Part shown: piece by piece, positions 41,923 to 52,646 of the stretch | Numbering within the stretch: the stretch's first letter is position 1 | How the letters are laid out: every line of letters starts with the position of its first letter | Origin: Clostridia bacterium | GTDB lineage: Bacteria > Bacillota > Limnochordia > DTU080 > RSA5 | NCBI GenBank assembly: GCA_002919235.1 | Contig: PKEX01000001.1 | Location: forward strand, 5,289-69,288 | Reading direction: 5' to 3' | Length of the DNA: 64,000 nt | The notes under the pieces: generated by a model | Database searches by the model: none | The model's input: only the letters and a program-made list of their open reading frames with translations | What the model was told of the DNA's origin: nothing | Made by a program: the position numbers and the translations under genes

Positions 41923-42764
41923 TGCTTCCCGAGGAGCGCCGCAGGCGGATCGCCCAGCAGGTGGCCGAGGAAGGGGCCGCTTCCGTCGCCGAGCTGAGCC
42001 GCCTTTTCGGCGTGGCCGAGGAGACCATCCGCCGCGACCTCAAGGCGCTGGAAGCCGCCGGGGTGCTCCGCCGCACCCACGGCGGGGCGCTCCGGGTGGC
42101 CGCGCCGCCGGGCCCCTATCCGCCTGCCGCCGTGCCGGCAGGGGGCTCGCCCGCCGCAGCGGGGACGGCGGTCCTCGCGGCCCCCGTCGCCCCTTTTTCC
42201 GAACGGCTGGGCCAAAATCCGGAGCTGAAGGCGGCCATCGCCCGGGCGGCCCTGGAGAAGGTGCAGGACGGCGACACCATCTTCCTCGACTCCGGGAGCA
42301 CCGTCTTGGAGCTGGCCAAGCTCCTGGCCGTCCGCCGGGAACTGGTCATCGTCACGCACAGCCTCAAGGTCGCGGCCCAGCTGGCCGAGGCGCCGCACCT
42401 TTCGGTGAACGTGGTCGGGGGGACGCTGCGCCCGCAGGAGCTGGCGCTGGTGGGCCCGGAGGCCCGCCGGGCCCTGGAGCGGATGCGGGCGGCCAAGGCG
42501 TTTATGGCGTGCGCCGGCTTCGACCCGGCCCACGGCGCCACCGTCTCCGACGTCCTGGAGGCCGACGTGAAGCGGGCGATGGTGGAATCGGCCGCCGAAG
42601 CCATCCTGCTGGCGGACCACACCAAGTGGGGCCGGCCCAGCCTGGTGGCCTACGCCGAGCTGGACCGCTTCGCCGCCGTAGTGAGCGACGCCGCCCTTCC
42701 CGGGGAGGCCCGGGCGGAGCTCGAGGCCCGGGGCGTCGAGGTGCTCCTCGCCTCTGAGGCATGA
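41922..42764 (+). CDS. DeoR/GlpR-family transcriptional regulator
   Basis: ERRRRI...FGVAEETIRRDL...RTHGGA, IFLDSGST and LADHTKW. Confidence 0.93.
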   Translation: MLPEERRRRIAQQVAEEGAASVAELSRLFGVAEETIRRDLKALEAAGVLRRTHGGALRVAAPPGPYPPAAVPAGGSPAAAGTAVLAAPVAPFSERLGQNPELKAAIARAALEKVQDGDTIFLDSGSTVLELAKLLAVRRELVIVTHSLKVAAQLAEAPHLSVNVVGGTLRPQELALVGPEARRALERMRAAKAFMACAGFDPAHGATVSDVLEADVKRAMVESAAEAILLADHTKWGRPSLVAYAELDRFAAVVSDAALPGEARAELEARGVEVLLASEA

Positions 42765-42817
42765 CCTGTCGAAAGTGAGCAGCGCGCACAAACGGCACGA
42801 AAAAGGAGGAACCGCCG

Positions 42818-43798
42818 ATGTCGCTGGGACGCGTCTACGTCACCCGCCCCATTCCCGAGGCGGGGCTGGAGCTGCTGCGCCGGGAGTGTGAAGTGGAGGT
42901 CTTTCCCGAAGAAGACCGCCTGCCCACGAAAGAGGAGATCATCGCAGGCGTCCGGGGCAAGGACGCGCTCCTTTCGCTGCTGACCGAAGAGATCACCGCC
43001 GAGGTGATGGACGCCGCGCCCAACCTCAAGGTGATCAGCAACTACGCTGTGGGATACAACAACATCGACGTGGAGGCGGCCACCGCCCGGGGCATCGTGG
43101 TGACCAACACCCCCGGCGTGCTGACCGAGACCACCGCCGACCTGGCCTGGGCCTTGCTCATGTCCATCGCCCGCCGGGTGGTGGAGGCCGACCGCTACAC
43201 CCGGGCCGGCAAGTTCCAGGGCTGGGGACCGCTGCTCTTCCTCGGCAGCGACGTGTACGGCAAGACCATCGGCATCGTGGGGATGGGCCGCATCGGCCAG
43301 GCCATCGCCCGCCGCGCCCGGGGCTTTGATATGGAGATCCTCTACCACAGCCGCCGCCGGGCCGAGCCGGAGGTGGAAAAGGAGCTCCAGGCGACCTACG
43401 TCCCCCTGGACGAGCTCCTCACCCGCTCCGACTACGTCATGCTCACCGTCCCCTTGACGCCCGAGACGAGGCATCTCATCGGCGCGCGGGAACTGGCCAT
43501 GATGAAGCCCACGGCGTACCTCATCAACCCCGCCCGCGGGCCGGTGGTGGACGAGCAGGCGCTGGTGGAGGCTCTCAGGAAAAAGATCATCGCCGGCGCC
43601 GCCCTCGACGTGTACGAGGAGGAGCCCAAGCTGGCGCCGGGCCTGGCCGAGCTGGACAACGTGGTGCTCCTGCCCCACATCGGCAGCGCCACCATCGAGA
43701 CCCGCACCAAGATGGCCATCATGGCCGCGGAAAACCTGCTGGCGGTCCTGCGCAACCAGCGGCCCAAGCACGTGGTCAACCCTGAGGTGCTCAAATGA
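42818..43798 (+). CDS. D-2-hydroxyacid dehydrogenase (glyoxylate/2-ketogluconate reductase-like)
   Basis: SNYAVGYNNID, TNTPGVLTETTAD, GIVGMGRIG, LDVYEEEP and LPHIGSAT. Confidence 0.93.
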   Translation: MSLGRVYVTRPIPEAGLELLRRECEVEVFPEEDRLPTKEEIIAGVRGKDALLSLLTEEITAEVMDAAPNLKVISNYAVGYNNIDVEAATARGIVVTNTPGVLTETTADLAWALLMSIARRVVEADRYTRAGKFQGWGPLLFLGSDVYGKTIGIVGMGRIGQAIARRARGFDMEILYHSRRRAEPEVEKELQATYVPLDELLTRSDYVMLTVPLTPETRHLIGARELAMMKPTAYLINPARGPVVDEQALVEALRKKIIAGAALDVYEEEPKLAPGLAELDNVVLLPHIGSATIETRTKMAIMAAENLLAVLRNQRPKHVVNPEVLK

Positions 43799-45327
43799 AA
43801 GGCCCGCTGCTGCTGGCCATCGACATCGGCACCACCGCCTGCAAAGCCGTGCTTTTCCAGGCGGACGGCACCGAACGGGCCAAGGCCAGCCGCGAGTACC
43901 CTGTCCATTACCCCCGGCCCCTCTGGGCCGAACAGGACCCGGACGACTGGTGGCGGGCCGCCGTCTCTGCCACCCGGGACTGCCTGGAGCGGGCCGGCGA
44001 AGGCGCCAAGGAGCGCATCGCCGCCATCGGCCTTTCGTCCCAGCGGGAGACCATGGCGGCGGTGGACGCGGACGGGCGCCCGCTGGGCCGGGCCATCTTG
44101 TGGATGGACCGGCGCTCCCGGCCCCAGGCTGAACAGGTGGCCCGGGCGTTCGGGCGGGAGGCGGTCCACCGCCGCACCGGGATGCTGCCGGACGCCACCT
44201 TCTCCCTCACCAAGCTGATGTGGCTCGCGCAAAACCAGCCGGAGCAGGTGGAACGGGCCCGGGTGTTCCTGCAGCCCAAGGAGTATGTGGCCTTCCGCAT
44301 GACCGGCGTCGCGGCCACGGAGCCCTCTCTCGCTTCCCGCACCATGATGTTTGACCTCGAGACCGGGGACTGGATCGACGAGCTGGTGGCGGAGGCGGGC
44401 ATCCGGAAAGAACAGCTGCCGCCGGTAGTCCCGTCCGCCTCGGTCCTGGGCACGGTGACCGCCGAGGCGGCGGCGGCCATGGGCTTGGCGGAGGGGATCC
44501 CGGTGGTCGCGGGCGGCGGCGACCGCCCCTGCGAGGCGCTGGGTTCGGGCATCGGCGTGGACGGGGTGATGGAGTCGACGGGCACCACTTCCAACGTCTC
44601 CGCGCCCGTGACCCGGCCGCCGGAGAAGCTCGAGGGCGGCACCCTCTGCTCCCGCCACGTGGTCCCGGGCTACTTCCTGCTGGAGCAGGGGCTGAGCACC
44701 ACCGGGGCGCTCCTGCGGTGGTTCCGGGACCAGTTCGCCCACGAAGAACGGCAGCGGGCGATCGCCCTCGGCGCCGATCCTTACGACCTCATCAGCGAGG
44801 AGGCGGCCCAGCGGCCCCCCGGGGCCAACGGCCTCATCGCCCTCCCCTTCTTCATGGGCGCCAGGGCGCCCCGCTGGAACCCCGAGGCCCGCGGCGTCCT
44901 CTTTGGCTTCACGCTGGAGCACACCCGGGCAGACGTCGCCCGTGCGTTGATGGAAGGCGTCGCGTTCGAAGTAGCGGCGTGCCTTGAGGTGCTCCGGCGC
45001 GCCGGCTTCGACCCTCAAGGGCTGCGGGTGCTGGGCGGCGGCGCCAAGGCGCGCCTTTGGAACCAGATCAAGGCCGACGTCACGGGCGTGGAGATCCAGG
45101 TGCCCCGGGTCACCGAAGCCGCATCGCTGGGCGCGGCGATCCTGGCCGGGTGCGCCGTGGGCCTGTACGCCGACCCTATGGAGACCGCCCGGAGCCTCAA
45201 TCCCGTCACGGAGCGGTTCACCGGCGATCCGCAGCGCCGCGCGGCGTACCGCGCGATCCGCCGCCGGTACGAGGCCCTGTACCAGGCCGTTGCGCCCCTC
45301 TATGCCGGAGAGAGCGAGACGCCGTGA
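43795..45327 (+). CDS. FGGY-family carbohydrate kinase
   Basis: IDIGTTACKA, WAEQDPDDWW, ILWMDRR, GGGD, LPFFMGARAP, ALMEGV and GGGAK. Confidence 0.93.
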   Translation: MKGPLLLAIDIGTTACKAVLFQADGTERAKASREYPVHYPRPLWAEQDPDDWWRAAVSATRDCLERAGEGAKERIAAIGLSSQRETMAAVDADGRPLGRAILWMDRRSRPQAEQVARAFGREAVHRRTGMLPDATFSLTKLMWLAQNQPEQVERARVFLQPKEYVAFRMTGVAATEPSLASRTMMFDLETGDWIDELVAEAGIRKEQLPPVVPSASVLGTVTAEAAAAMGLAEGIPVVAGGGDRPCEALGSGIGVDGVMESTGTTSNVSAPVTRPPEKLEGGTLCSRHVVPGYFLLEQGLSTTGALLRWFRDQFAHEERQRAIALGADPYDLISEEAAQRPPGANGLIALPFFMGARAPRWNPEARGVLFGFTLEHTRADVARALMEGVAFEVAACLEVLRRAGFDPQGLRVLGGGAKARLWNQIKADVTGVEIQVPRVTEAASLGAAILAGCAVGLYADPMETARSLNPVTERFTGDPQRRAAYRAIRRRYEALYQAVAPLYAGESETP

Positions 45328-45391
45328 CGCGCGGGAGCCGCCCTCTGATTGAAGGGCAGAGCTGCTCCTGGGCTGAAAAAACCGGAAAAGG

Positions 45392-45419
45392 ACAGGCCGC
45401 CCTGCCACGGGCGGCCTGT
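45392..45419. terminator. Bidirectional intrinsic terminator between convergent operons
   Basis: ACAGGCCGCCC-tgccac-GGGCGGCCTGT, an 11-bp stem with A- and T-rich flanks. Confidence 0.75.
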
Positions 45420-45468
45420 TTGCTGCCGCAGCGTGTGGACGCCGGCTTTTCGCCGCGCGGCTTGGATT

Positions 45469-46302
45469 CTAACCTTTGAGTGCCCCCGCCAGCGTCCCCT
45501 TCAGGATCCAGCGGTGGCCGAGGATGTAGAGGATGATGGTGGGCAGCGCCGAGATGACGACGCCCGCCGCGTAGCGCGGCATATTGCTGACGCCGTAGTT
45601 GTTCAAGAACTGGGCCACCCGCAGCTGCATGGTGAAGAGCCGCTGGTCGCTGAGCATGATCAAGCTCAAGAGGTAGTCGCTCCACGCCCCGATAAACACC
45701 AGGAGCCCCGCGAGGAAGGTGGCGGGCTTGGCCAGCGGCAGCATCACCCGGAAGAAGGTGTCCAGGTGCCCTGCGCCGTCGATGCGGGCTGCCTCAGCCA
45801 GCTCTTCGGGAAGGCCCCGGAAGAACGACCGGTAGATGATGGTCCAGAACGGGATGCCGAACGCCGCCATCGGCAGGAACAGCCCGGGAAGCGTGTTCGC
45901 GAGGCCCATCCGCGCGCTGAGCCGGTAGAGGGGGATGAGCACCATGAGCGCCGGGACGAAGTAGCCGGCCAGCACCAGGTAGAAGATGATCTCCGTCACC
46001 CTGCTGCGGTAGCGGGCAAAGATGTACCCGGCCATCGCCGCGGGAGGCACCGTGCAGAGGATCGCCCCCAGCGAGACGTACAGCGTGTTGATGAGCCCCT
46101 GGTCGATGCGGATCGCGTTCCACGCTCCGATGAAGTTGTCCCAGCGGATGGTGGTGGGCCAACCCCAGGGATCGTACGCGAACTCAAGGCGCGTCTTAAA
46201 GACGAAGAACATCGGGATCAGCATCGGCAGGACCACGGTGAGCGCGAGCGCGATCAAGACGATGGTCACGACCACTTCCGGAACCTTTTTCAGCAGGTTC
46301 AC
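45469..46302 (-). CDS. Carbohydrate ABC permease (MalG-like)
   Basis: LPEELAEAARIDGA EAA loop; C-terminal GALKG. Confidence 0.93.
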   Translation of the reverse strand: MNLLKKVPEVVVTIVLIALALTVVLPMLIPMFFVFKTRLEFAYDPWGWPTTIRWDNFIGAWNAIRIDQGLINTLYVSLGAILCTVPPAAMAGYIFARYRSRVTEIIFYLVLAGYFVPALMVLIPLYRLSARMGLANTLPGLFLPMAAFGIPFWTIIYRSFFRGLPEELAEAARIDGAGHLDTFFRVMLPLAKPATFLAGLLVFIGAWSDYLLSLIMLSDQRLFTMQLRVAQFLNNYGVSNMPRYAAGVVISALPTIILYILGHRWILKGTLAGALKG

Positions 46303-47222
46303 TGGAGCTCACCTTCCCTTCGCTGCATGGAGAAGAGGGCCACGGTAAAGACGAGGGACAACAGGAAGATGACGACGCCGATGGCAGCGGCCCTGCCGTA
46401 CTGCCAGTTGACGAACCCCTGCTGGTACAGGATGATCCCCAGCGTCGTCGTGGCGTAGCCCGGCCCGCCCCGGGTCATCAGGTACGGCAAGTCGAAAAGC
46501 TTGAGGCTGCCGACGATGCTCAAGATCGCGAGGATCCGGATGGGGTAGGCCACCATCGGCAGCACCACGTGCCAGGCGTACTGCCAGCGGTTCGCGCCGT
46601 CCAGCTTGGCGGCCTCCTCAATATCCCTGGGGATCTGTTCGATGTTGGCCATGAGGTAAACGATGCCGAAGCCCGTGTACGCCCAGGTGGCCAGGGCGAA
46701 GATGGACCAGAACGCCAGGTCAGGATCGCCCAGGAAGTCGATGCGCTGCAGCCACGTCCACTTGAACCGCTGGGCCAGCGTGGCGATGACCCCGTAGCGG
46801 GGGGCGAAGACGAACTGGCCCAGCATGGCCGTGATGGCCGACGGCAGGACGTTCGCCAGGAAGAAGATGGCCCGCAGCGGCCGGGTGAAATGGTTGCGGT
46901 AGAGGCAGAGTGCGTACGCTACGAAGAACGAGTACGGTATCTGGATGACCACGCTCCAGAACGCCCACAACAGCACGTTGACGAAGCCGGCCCGGAACTC
47001 CGCGTCCCGGAAAAGACGAGCGTAGTTTTGAAAACCAACATAGACCTCGTCGCCGAGGCCGGTGGAGCGCATCAGCGAGAGCCGGAACGTTTCCTCGATG
47101 GGGTAGTACATGAATATGGCCAAGAACGCGATGGCGGGAAGCAGCATCACCGCTTGGAACACGATGCCCCGCCAATCGCGCGGCCGCCTCGGTCGGATCT
47201 GTGTGGCCTGCATGTGGACCAT
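46299..47222 (-). CDS. Carbohydrate ABC permease (MalF-like)
   Basis: YVGFQNY, IEEAAKLDGAN and MTRGGPG. Confidence 0.93.
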   Translation of the reverse strand: MVHMQATQIRPRRPRDWRGIVFQAVMLLPAIAFLAIFMYYPIEETFRLSLMRSTGLGDEVYVGFQNYARLFRDAEFRAGFVNVLLWAFWSVVIQIPYSFFVAYALCLYRNHFTRPLRAIFFLANVLPSAITAMLGQFVFAPRYGVIATLAQRFKWTWLQRIDFLGDPDLAFWSIFALATWAYTGFGIVYLMANIEQIPRDIEEAAKLDGANRWQYAWHVVLPMVAYPIRILAILSIVGSLKLFDLPYLMTRGGPGYATTTLGIILYQQGFVNWQYGRAAAIGVVIFLLSLVFTVALFSMQRREGELQ

Positions 47223-47263
47223 CCCCCGCGCTCATCGGGATCGTCGACCCCCGGTCGACAGTG

Positions 47264-47296
47264 AGGCTGGAGACGGGAGGACCCCGTCTCCAGCCT
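47264..47296. terminator. Stem-loop between the binding-protein and permease genes
   Basis: AGGCTGGAGACGGG...CCCGTCTCCAGCCT, a 14-bp stem. Confidence 0.6.
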
Positions 47297-47364
47297 GCGT
47301 TGCGAAAGCCACGAGCCGGGTCATTCCCGGTGTTGCGACACGCGGTTCTCCCGCTCGCCGCGGA

Positions 47365-48636
47365 TTACCGGGCGGCCGGCCCCATGACCTCCTCGGCCAG
47401 CTCCTCGAACTCGGCCAGCGCCTGCCTGACGTCGGCACCAGGCAGGAAGAACTTCAGGATGGTGTCGTTAAGCGGCGTCGTGATGTTGGGCGGCAGGTCC
47501 TGGTCCCACCAGAACTGCACCGCCTCGGCTTGCGCGAACACGTCCGCCGCCATCTGGGTCAGGCGAGAAGGCGCCACGACCCCCGGCACCGAGCTGATAC
47601 GCCCGGGCTCGGCCGCGATGACCTCGGGGTCCATGAGGTGCTTCATGAAGCGGACCACCGCGTCTTTCTTGTCGGCCGCCACCCAGGTGGCCGCGAAGCC
47701 GATGTCGGTCTGGCCCATCACGTCCGTGATCTTGCCCTTGCCGCCGGGAAGCAGCGGGAAGGGATAGAAGCCGAGCGTCTGGTCGGTGAAGCCCGGGTCG
47801 GAGTACTGGGCGTTCATCCACGAACCGGTGACGTGCATCCCGGCGATGCCGGTGGCCATCAGGAGCTGCGCGTCGCCGTAGGCTTCGCCCAGCGGCGTCG
47901 GGCCGAAGTAGCCCTTCTCCACCCACTCTTGGTACTTCAGCGCGGCCTGGACGAACGGCTCGCTGTCAAAGCGGGCACGGCGAGCCTGCGCGTCCGCGAA
48001 GGCCTCCATGCCGCCGTAGCGGTTGACGAGATACATGTACGTAGCCAGCGCCGGCCACTTGTCCCGCGCACCGAGGGCGAAGGGCTGGTAGCCCGCGGCC
48101 AGCAGCTTGTCGGCCACCTCCTCCATCTCCTGGAGGGTGGTGGGGACGGTGAGGCCGAGGCTCTCAAAGAGGCCCTCGTTCACGTACACGCCCGCGATGG
48201 CGAAGAACGGCGCGACGCCGTAGGTCTTCCCCTTCCACGACATGGCCGCTTTCGCGGCAGCGCTGGTCGGGATGGACTCCAGTTCCTCGGTGAGGTCCAG
48301 GAGCCGCCCGGCGTCCGCGTAGCCGCCCATGGTCGAGCCGCCCCAGGTCTGGAAGATGTCAGGCAGATCGGTGTTGGTGGCCATGGACACCTTCACCTTG
48401 TCCTGGATGCCGGGGTCGCCCAGGGCGATGTACTCCAGCTCGATATCGGGGTTCTTCGCCTGGAACGTGGTGACCACTTCGCGGATATACGCGTGGGCAG
48501 GGTCATCGTCCGGGAGGTCGCGTCCCCACACCGTCAGTCGAACCCTGCTTTGTGCCCCCGCCGTGGTCGCCATCGCCGCCACCAGGACGAGCGCGACCAG
48601 GACCACCACAAGCCGGGTCCATTTCCCTTGCACCAT
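47365..48636 (-). CDS. Carbohydrate ABC solute-binding protein (family 1)
   Basis: AAAGGAGG RBS, signal peptide, PDIFQTWGG and GKTYGVAP. Confidence 0.92.
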   Translation of the reverse strand: MVQGKWTRLVVVLVALVLVAAMATTAGAQSRVRLTVWGRDLPDDDPAHAYIREVVTTFQAKNPDIELEYIALGDPGIQDKVKVSMATNTDLPDIFQTWGGSTMGGYADAGRLLDLTEELESIPTSAAAKAAMSWKGKTYGVAPFFAIAGVYVNEGLFESLGLTVPTTLQEMEEVADKLLAAGYQPFALGARDKWPALATYMYLVNRYGGMEAFADAQARRARFDSEPFVQAALKYQEWVEKGYFGPTPLGEAYGDAQLLMATGIAGMHVTGSWMNAQYSDPGFTDQTLGFYPFPLLPGGKGKITDVMGQTDIGFAATWVAADKKDAVVRFMKHLMDPEVIAAEPGRISSVPGVVAPSRLTQMAADVFAQAEAVQFWWDQDLPPNITTPLNDTILKFFLPGADVRQALAEFEELAEEVMGPAAR

Positions 48637-48864
48637 GTGAAAACCTCCTTTTTCACGTGGCCCTGTCTGTCTTCGACGATTGTTGAGATGTTCCGCCACT
48701 CTCCCATCCATCACCTCCTTTAGAATTCTCGCGATACTGCTTTGCGCACCTGCCCGCGCCCCGAGCGGCGCCGGCGAAGGGCTGCCGGGGATCGAGCCGC
48801 TGCCCTGCCCCGGAGCCGCTCGCGGCCGGACCGGCGCGCAAGAAGGCGAAAAGGGATGTCCGGG

Positions 48865-49851
48865 CTACGCGGAGCGCCTCACGGTGATCTCCGGCTGGAA
48901 GCACACTTTGACGCCGCCGGCCTCCTCGCCCCGCAGGATCGCCGTCAAGATCTCCAAGGAACGCCGCCCCATCTCGTAGCGGGGCTGGCGGACGGTGGTC
49001 AACGGAGGGTGGGTCAACGCCGAAAACTCGAGGTCGTCAAAGCCGACCATCGCGACGTCGTCCGGGACTGCAAGGCCCTCCTCGGCGATGGCCTGGAGCG
49101 CCCCGTAGGCCATGGCGTCGTTTGCGGCGAACACCGCGGTGCAGCCCGCTTTGAGGAGCTCCTTCATCGCCCGGTAGCCGCCTTCCGTCAGGAAATTTCC
49201 GCTGACCACCAGCTCCTCGCAGAAGGCGATGCCCGCCTCCTCCAGCGCCCGCTTGTAGCCCTCAATCCTGTCGAGAGCCACCTGGAAGTGGAGATTTCCG
49301 GCAATGTGGCCGATTCTCCGGTGGCCCTTGTCCAGCAGGAAACGGGTGGCAAGGTACCCCCCTTGTACGTTGTCCACCCAGACGCAGTTGACCTTGGGGT
49401 CAGGCAGGTTCCGCTCGACGAGTACGAAGGGGATCTCCTGTTCCGCCAGCGCCGCGATGAAGCCCTTCTCCTGGATGTTGCTGCCGATGATCACCAGGCC
49501 GTCGACCCGCTCGCCCGAGATCATCTTCCGGAGCACCCGCCCGTGCTCCACGTTTTCATAGGAGTTGGAGAAGAGGAGGGTGTACCCCGTCTGCGTCGCG
49601 ACGTATTCCATTCCTTTGACAATTTGCGAAAAGTAAGGTTCGGAGATGTCGGCCATCACGACGCCGATGGTCTCGGTCCGCCGGGTCACCAGGCTGCGGG
49701 CGGCCGAGTTGGGATGATACCCCAACTCTTTCGCAATGGCGACGATCCGCTTCCGGGTCGATTCCTTCACGCCGTACTTGTTGTTCAGCGCCCGGGATAC
49801 CACGCTCGGAGCCACCCCCGCAATCCGAGCGATATCCTTGATGGTCGCCAT
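48865..49851 (-). CDS. LacI-family transcriptional regulator
   Basis: ATIKDIARIAGVAPSVVSRALN; VPDDVAMVGFDD and PPLTTVRQP. Confidence 0.95.
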   Translation of the reverse strand: MATIKDIARIAGVAPSVVSRALNNKYGVKESTRKRIVAIAKELGYHPNSAARSLVTRRTETIGVVMADISEPYFSQIVKGMEYVATQTGYTLLFSNSYENVEHGRVLRKMISGERVDGLVIIGSNIQEKGFIAALAEQEIPFVLVERNLPDPKVNCVWVDNVQGGYLATRFLLDKGHRRIGHIAGNLHFQVALDRIEGYKRALEEAGIAFCEELVVSGNFLTEGGYRAMKELLKAGCTAVFAANDAMAYGALQAIAEEGLAVPDDVAMVGFDDLEFSALTHPPLTTVRQPRYEMGRRSLEILTAILRGEEAGGVKVCFQPEITVRRSA

Positions 49852-49869
49852 AGCACCTCGTACCCGTCT

Positions 49870-49885
49870 TCGAAAACGTTTGTCA
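49870..49885. promoter_or_regulatory. Candidate LacI-family operator
   Basis: TCGAAAACGTTTGTCA with an AAAC-GTTT core just upstream of the LacI start. Confidence 0.55.
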
Positions 49886-49971
49886 AATCATGTATTCACT
49901 GTTCGCGTTTTGAATCCTTCGGACAAATGGAGGAAAAAGACAACCACTTTTTGACCCAGCTAAAGGCGGGT

Positions 49972-50667
49972 TTACGCCCGCCGCGCCACCCGAATGGGTG
50001 GGATGGCCCAGTCGATGGGCTCGACGCCGATCTGCTGCAAGAAGGCGTTGGCCCTCGAAAACGGCCGGCTGCCGAAGAAGCCCGCGTGCGCCGAATACGG
50101 GCTCGGATGCGCCGACTCGATCACCAGGTGGCGGCCGGTGTCGATCATGGCCTTCTTCTCCTGGGCGTTGCGGCCCCACAGGATGAAGACCAGAGGCCTT
50201 TCCCGCTGGTTCAGCAGCTCGATGATGCGGTCGGTGAACCGCTCCCAGCCCTTGCCCCGGTGGGAGTTGGCCTGCCCGCGCCGCACCGTCAGCACGGTGT
50301 TGAGCAGCAGGACGCCCTGGCGAGCCCAGTGCTCCAGGCAGCCGTGGTCCGGGATCGGGCAGCCGATGTCGTCGTGGAGCTCTTTGAAGATGTTTTGCAG
50401 CGACGGCGGAGGCGGGACCCCGGGCTTCACCGAAAAGCACAGGCCGTGAGCCTGTCCCGGCCCGTGGTAAGGGTCTTGGCCCAGGATCACCACTTTGGTA
50501 TCGGCGTAGGACGTGTAGTGAAGGGCGTTGAAAATGTCGTACATGTCGGGGTAGACCGTGTAGCGGCGGTACTCCTCGATCAGGAACGCCCTGAGCGCCT
50601 GGTAGTAGGGTTGCTGGAACTCGTCCGCCAGCAGCTCGGCCCAGTCGTTTTGGAACACCGGCGCCAC
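49972..50667 (-). CDS. ung: Uracil-DNA glycosylase, family 1
   Basis: [28 protein letters not shown] and AHPSP. Confidence 0.96.
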   Translation of the reverse strand: MAPVFQNDWAELLADEFQQPYYQALRAFLIEEYRRYTVYPDMYDIFNALHYTSYADTKVVILGQDPYHGPGQAHGLCFSVKPGVPPPPSLQNIFKELHDDIGCPIPDHGCLEHWARQGVLLLNTVLTVRRGQANSHRGKGWERFTDRIIELLNQRERPLVFILWGRNAQEKKAMIDTGRHLVIESAHPSPYSAHAGFFGSRPFSRANAFLQQIGVEPIDWAIPPIRVARRA

Positions 50668-50922
50668 CTGTCTCACTCCCCCATGCCGAACTCTTCCCGG
50701 ATATGGAATATGACCCTGGCCCGCCGTTTCCTCGCGGCGGTCGAGCCTCCGCATAGACCCTGCCGTTCGGCCATACCCTTCCTTGAAGCCACCGGCGCGA
50801 AGCCGCGAGGCTGCACCGAGCCCGCACAAGGATTCTGCAGCCAGGGCACGAAACGGCATGGAAGCGCAGAGACGTCGATGCACGGAGCATGGAGCGACGG
50901 AACGGCACGGGAGGATCACGGG

Positions 50923-51528
50923 TTGGATCTGGCGACGAGGATCATGGAAGCGTTGGGCTACCCGGGAATCATCTTGGTGGTTGCGGCAGAAAACCTTTTC
51001 CCGCCCATCCCTTCCGAAGTGGTCCTCCCCTTTGCCGGCTTCATGACCACGGCCAGTTCGCTCACGATCCCCGGCGTCATCGCCGCTGCGACGGCGGGCT
51101 CCCTCCTAGGCGCGTTGATCCTCTACGGGCTCGGCGCGGCCTTCGGCGCGGAGCGGATCGAGCGGTTCGTCGACCGCTACCAGCGCTACCTCACGATCAC
51201 TCCCGAGCATATGCGCCAGGCCCGGGCGTGGTTTGCCCGCTACGGCGTCTACACCGTCTTCTTCTGCCGGATGGTGCCGGTCATGCGGAGCATCATCTCC
51301 ATCCCCGCTGGGCTGGTCCGGATGAACCTGGGCGCGTTTTTCCTCTACACTCTCCTGGGCTCCCTGATCTGGAACGGCGCCCTCGTGGGCGTCGGGGCCC
51401 TCCTGGGCGCCTCGTGGCCCTTGGTCTCTGAGTGGCTAGGCTACTACAGCAGTGCGGTGAAAGTGATCGGCGCCCTGGCCCTGGTGGCGCTGGCCGTTTG
51501 GATCTTCCGCCCCCGGCGCGAGCGGTGA
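50923..51528 (+). CDS. DedA-family membrane protein
   Basis: [17 protein letters not shown] and [21 protein letters not shown] start after GGAGG. Confidence 0.92.
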   Translation: MDLATRIMEALGYPGIILVVAAENLFPPIPSEVVLPFAGFMTTASSLTIPGVIAAATAGSLLGALILYGLGAAFGAERIERFVDRYQRYLTITPEHMRQARAWFARYGVYTVFFCRMVPVMRSIISIPAGLVRMNLGAFFLYTLLGSLIWNGALVGVGALLGASWPLVSEWLGYYSSAVKVIGALALVALAVWIFRPRRER

Positions 51529-51647
51529 GAGTTAAGAAGCACACGGAGCTCCAGCGCTAAGCCGGGGCTTTCCCGTGGTACAATGATCGTGAAACCATCC
51601 TGGGAAACACCGATGGGGATACGACGCAGCCCGGGAGGAACAGGCGC

Positions 51648-52637
51648 TTGAAGATCCCTTGCTCCGTCCTCGACCTCGCCCCGGTGGGCACCGGATTTAC
51701 GTCGACGCAGGCGCTGAAGCACACCGTGGAGCTGGCGCAGCTCGCCGAAGCCCTGGGATACACCCGCTTCTGGCTGGCCGAGCACCACAGCATGCCCGGG
51801 ATCGCCAGTTCGTCGCCGGAAGTGCTCATCGCCCACGTGGCCGCAGCAACGAACTCCATCCGGGTGGGCGCCGGCGGCGTGATGCTGCCCAACCACGTGC
51901 CGCTCCGGGTCGCCGAAGTGTTCCACACCCTGGAGGCGCTCCACCCCGGCCGGATTGACCTGGGGATCGGGCGGGCGCCGGGCACCGATCCTGCCACGTC
52001 CCGGGCGCTGCGCCCTTTCGACGCCAACGAGTTCCCCGCCCAGCTCAAGGAGTTGATCGCGCTCTCGCGCAGGGAGTTTCCCAAAGACCACCCGTTTCAC
52101 ACGGTGCAAGTGGTGCCGGCCGACGTGAAGCTACCGCCCATATGGATCCTGGGCTCCAGCGGGGCCGGCGCCCGGCTGGCCGGGATGATGGGCCTGGGCT
52201 ACAGCTTCGCCAGCCATTTCAGCCCGGTCTCGCCGCTCCCGGCGGCCGAGGCGTACCGGGAGAGCTTCCAGCCGTCCCCATGGTTTGAGAAACCCCATTT
52301 CATCTTGGCCGTCTCCGTCGTCTGCGCCGAGACCGACGAGGAGGCCGAGTACCACGCCCGGAGCATGGACCTGGTGGCGGTCCGCCTCGCCCGGGGAGAA
52401 ACGGGGCTTTTCCCCACGCCGGAGGAGGCGGCGGCGTATCCTTACGACCCCGTAGAGCTGGCCGTCGCCCGGGAACGCCGGGCGCTCACCATCGTCGGAA
52501 GCCCGGGCAAGGTGCGGGACCGCATCCTCGCTCTCTACGAGCAGACCCGGGCCGACGAGATCATGATCTCCACCATGGTCCACGACCCTAAAGCCCGGCT
52601 CCGTTCGTACGAACTGGTAGCCCGGGCGCTGTCGTAG
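51648..52637 (+). CDS. LLM-class (luciferase-like) flavin-dependent oxidoreductase
   Basis: [26 protein letters not shown] and [12 protein letters not shown]. Confidence 0.93.
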   Translation: MKIPCSVLDLAPVGTGFTSTQALKHTVELAQLAEALGYTRFWLAEHHSMPGIASSSPEVLIAHVAAATNSIRVGAGGVMLPNHVPLRVAEVFHTLEALHPGRIDLGIGRAPGTDPATSRALRPFDANEFPAQLKELIALSRREFPKDHPFHTVQVVPADVKLPPIWILGSSGAGARLAGMMGLGYSFASHFSPVSPLPAAEAYRESFQPSPWFEKPHFILAVSVVCAETDEEAEYHARSMDLVAVRLARGETGLFPTPEEAAAYPYDPVELAVARERRALTIVGSPGKVRDRILALYEQTRADEIMISTMVHDPKARLRSYELVARALS

Positions 52638-52646
52638 CGTGTGGCG

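Noticed and set aside
48742..51528. 928-aa ORF ending in DedA, suggesting a large fusion
   Set aside because: The upstream part is antisense to lacI and ung. Only the last ~200 codons, which have their own RBS, are real.
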